NCBI RefSeq assembly: GCF_000281045.1
Contig: NW_008246127.1
Location: 57,204 to 121,203, forward strand
DNA length: 64,000 nt
Reading direction: 5' to 3'
From: Saprolegnia diclina VS20
Taxonomy: Eukaryota
Shown: positions 62,120 to 64,000 of the stretch, piece by piece
How the letters are laid out: every line of letters begins with the position of its first letter
How positions within the stretch are numbered: the stretch's first letter is position 1
Program-made: the position numbers and the translations under genes
Notes under the pieces: generated by a model
Told to the model about the DNA's origin: nothing
The model's database searches: none
The model's input: only the letters and a program-made list of their open reading frames with translations

Positions 62120-62845
62120 ATGGAGTGGATCGATGCGGAGCGTGGACTGCTCTCGGTCGCCTTGCAGCCGTGCCAGCTCTGCGCCGACGCACTCGTCGAC
62201 ACCCGAGGTCTCTGCAATGCGCTCTGCCCCGCCCGCGTCTGCACAAGCTGCCTCGCACAGTACATCGCTGCCGCCTGTGCCTCCAGTGACGTTGTCGCCA
62301 ACGTCGCCTGTCCGATTTGCATCTTGCCCATGCCGCTGCCAGCGTGGAAGGCGCGGCTTCCAACTGACGTCTTTGCGGCGCTCGGGGCGAAGCTCGGCGC
62401 ATCCTGCGCCAGTTTTTGCCCGACGTGCTCCGGGGAGCTCCCCCGCGCCTGCGTCACGGTAGCCACCACGTGGAGCGCGGTGCTGAGCGACCGATACGAT
62501 GCGCTCCACGCCGAGTGCTTGGCCTTTGACGCCGGTGAGCGCACAGCGGCCGAGCTCCTTTCGTTTCTCACCAACGTCTTTGGACCGTTTGCGCGCAAGA
62601 TTGTGCCCGCCATGTACCAGTGGATGGCGACGAACCACAGACTCTACGCATTTGTGGCCACGCGCCAGCGGCACCGAGGACCGACCGCGTGGTATCCGTG
62701 CTGCCTCACGATCGAGTCATCGACGGACGCTGCGCCGACAACGGCCGAGGTGGTGACGCCAGGGCGCTGGCCGCGGGCGCTCAAGGCGTGGTCTCGACAG
62801 CACAAGCGCAACAAGCTTGTGGTTGTGGACAACGAGGCGTCATAA
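62120..62845 (+). CDS. Cys-rich RING-like (RBR RING1-type) hypothetical protein
   Basis: CQLC...C..C...VCTSCLAQYI...VACPIC...FCPTC; intronless. Confidence 0.6.
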   Translation: MEWIDAERGLLSVALQPCQLCADALVDTRGLCNALCPARVCTSCLAQYIAAACASSDVVANVACPICILPMPLPAWKARLPTDVFAALGAKLGASCASFCPTCSGELPRACVTVATTWSAVLSDRYDALHAECLAFDAGERTAAELLSFLTNVFGPFARKIVPAMYQWMATNHRLYAFVATRQRHRGPTAWYPCCLTIESSTDAAPTTAEVVTPGRWPRALKAWSRQHKRNKLVVVDNEAS

Positions 62846-63672
62846 GCTAGCGATAATATTCCATACACAAATGTGCAAATGACGTGGCAGCACCAGACGT
62901 CGGCAGTCCATGGTGACTTCAAGGATGTACACAGCACAAAATTTGATTCGAGCAGCACGCGAAGTGAAGTGCATACGATAGAGCCAAGAGCCACAATCGC
63001 TAATGGCCAGGCCATACCAAGGCACCATAGCACGTGTCTTGATTGCTGTCTTGATATAGCGCCGTGGAGCATCTGTAGCTCAGTGCCCGGCCCGCCTGTG
63101 GTTGATGGGGCCAATTTCTGGTCATGTCGTTCTGCGCCAACACTTTGGTCGGCAACTTGGTTCTTTCCAGCATGAGCACAGGAGGCTCGTACTACATCAC
63201 ATCACATTGTGTTCAAGCTCCCTGCAATGTCAAGCAGACGCGGAACGTGACGGGAACGTGCTCGACAAGCCACGGGGCCTGGTTTTGCCCAGTTTGACAC
63301 GGGCAAACTCTGTAACTCGATACAAATCGGAGGTTTTACCCGCCAGCAACGTTACTCGCATGTGCTTTGTCCCAACTCATCAGCAATTGACATCCGAGAT
63401 CCCACGCTCGAGGCGAGGAGCTTCGCCATCGACGATGGCGTCGCAAGCACATACACTAGACATGCCGGTAGAGGCTCGTCAAGCCTTTGCCGTGCCTTGT
63501 CACCTGCCTATGCCCGAGCCTCGTTGCACTTGCGGGAGCAGCCGATCACGCATTCACTTGCTGACGATGGCTGGGTGAGAAACTTCGCTGCAAGTTCCTG
63601 ACGCACACCGTCTTTCTACTAGTTACTCGTGACAGAACCCAAGCCACTCGAAGACGACAACGACGACGAGCG

Positions 63673-64000
63673 ATGCTTGGACGACCAGTGCTCCTGTCAT
63701 TGCTGCCTCTGCTCGGCCGCTGCGCCGCCAACAAGTCTGTCGTGCCCGAAAATGACGCGACCAACGTCATCTTGATCTGCTCGCTGAGCATCGGCACGAT
63801 CGTGCTCGCGGTCGTCGGCCTCGCCATCGTGCTCCTCATCTGGAAGCCCCGCGCCGCGTCGACGTCGTCGCTCTCTTGCGCCGACATTGACGCGTTCGCG
63901 GGTGTCAGCGACGGCCCGACCGTCGTCGACCAAGTGCAACTGCTCGAGGACATGGCGTTCGGCCTCGTTGACGCCAACGGCCACGACGAACCGGCGTTCT
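63673..64000 (+). CDS. Partial (3'-truncated) protein with a signal peptide and a single TM helix
   Basis: MLGRPVLLSLLPLLGRCAA... ILICSLSIGTIVLAVVGLAIVLLIWKPR; frame is open to the window end. Confidence 0.6.
   Translation, partial: MLGRPVLLSLLPLLGRCAANKSVVPENDATNVILICSLSIGTIVLAVVGLAIVLLIWKPRAASTSSLSCADIDAFAGVSDGPTVVDQVQLLEDMAFGLVDANGHDEPAF

Noticed and set aside
1..64000. CRISPR arrays, prokaryotic defence systems, rRNA
   Set aside because: The sequence is eukaryotic with spliceosomal introns; no regularly spaced repeats or rRNA-like segments were seen

Overview
Gene-dense eukaryotic DNA, most likely from a saprolegnialean oomycete such as Saprolegnia or Achlya. This is inferred from GC-rich exons, many 35-55 nt GT(AC)...TAG introns, oomycete INR/FPR and CCAAT promoter motifs and gene content. 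About 29 protein-coding genes can be supported. In order: secreted subtilisin, TMEM135-like, DASH Ask1-like, RAD51, organellar RecA, WBP2-like, a small hypothetical, pyruvate kinase, two WRKY19-like C/H-repeat paralogs, mitochondrial ProRS, CCDC33-like, a giant internally duplicated membrane protein with two frameshifts, SulP-STAS-cNMP transporter, anoctamin-C2, two tandem multi-pass TM paralogs, an EF-hand protein, a TLC-domain protein, U2A'-SAP, METTL21-like methyltransferase, a TRM1/beta-helix fusion, a small Zn-ribbon CaaX protein, two head-to-head CNBD channels, a coiled-coil protein, phosphoglycerate mutase, UPF1, a RING-like protein and a partial membrane protein. Best second-look items: (1) a consensus U12-type AT-AC intron in the gene for the major-spliceosome protein U2A', which also carries a SAP-domain fusion; (2) RAD51 and bacterial-type RecA tail-to-tail; (3) two paralogous CNBD channels 76 bp apart, head-to-head, both lacking the GYG filter; (4) TRM1 fused to a right-handed beta-helix; (5) a recurrent TATCCGGATA/CCGGATA promoter element. 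No rRNA, tRNA, CRISPR array or intact transposon was recognised. Gene models were spliced by eye and family calls come from recognised motifs, not database searches.
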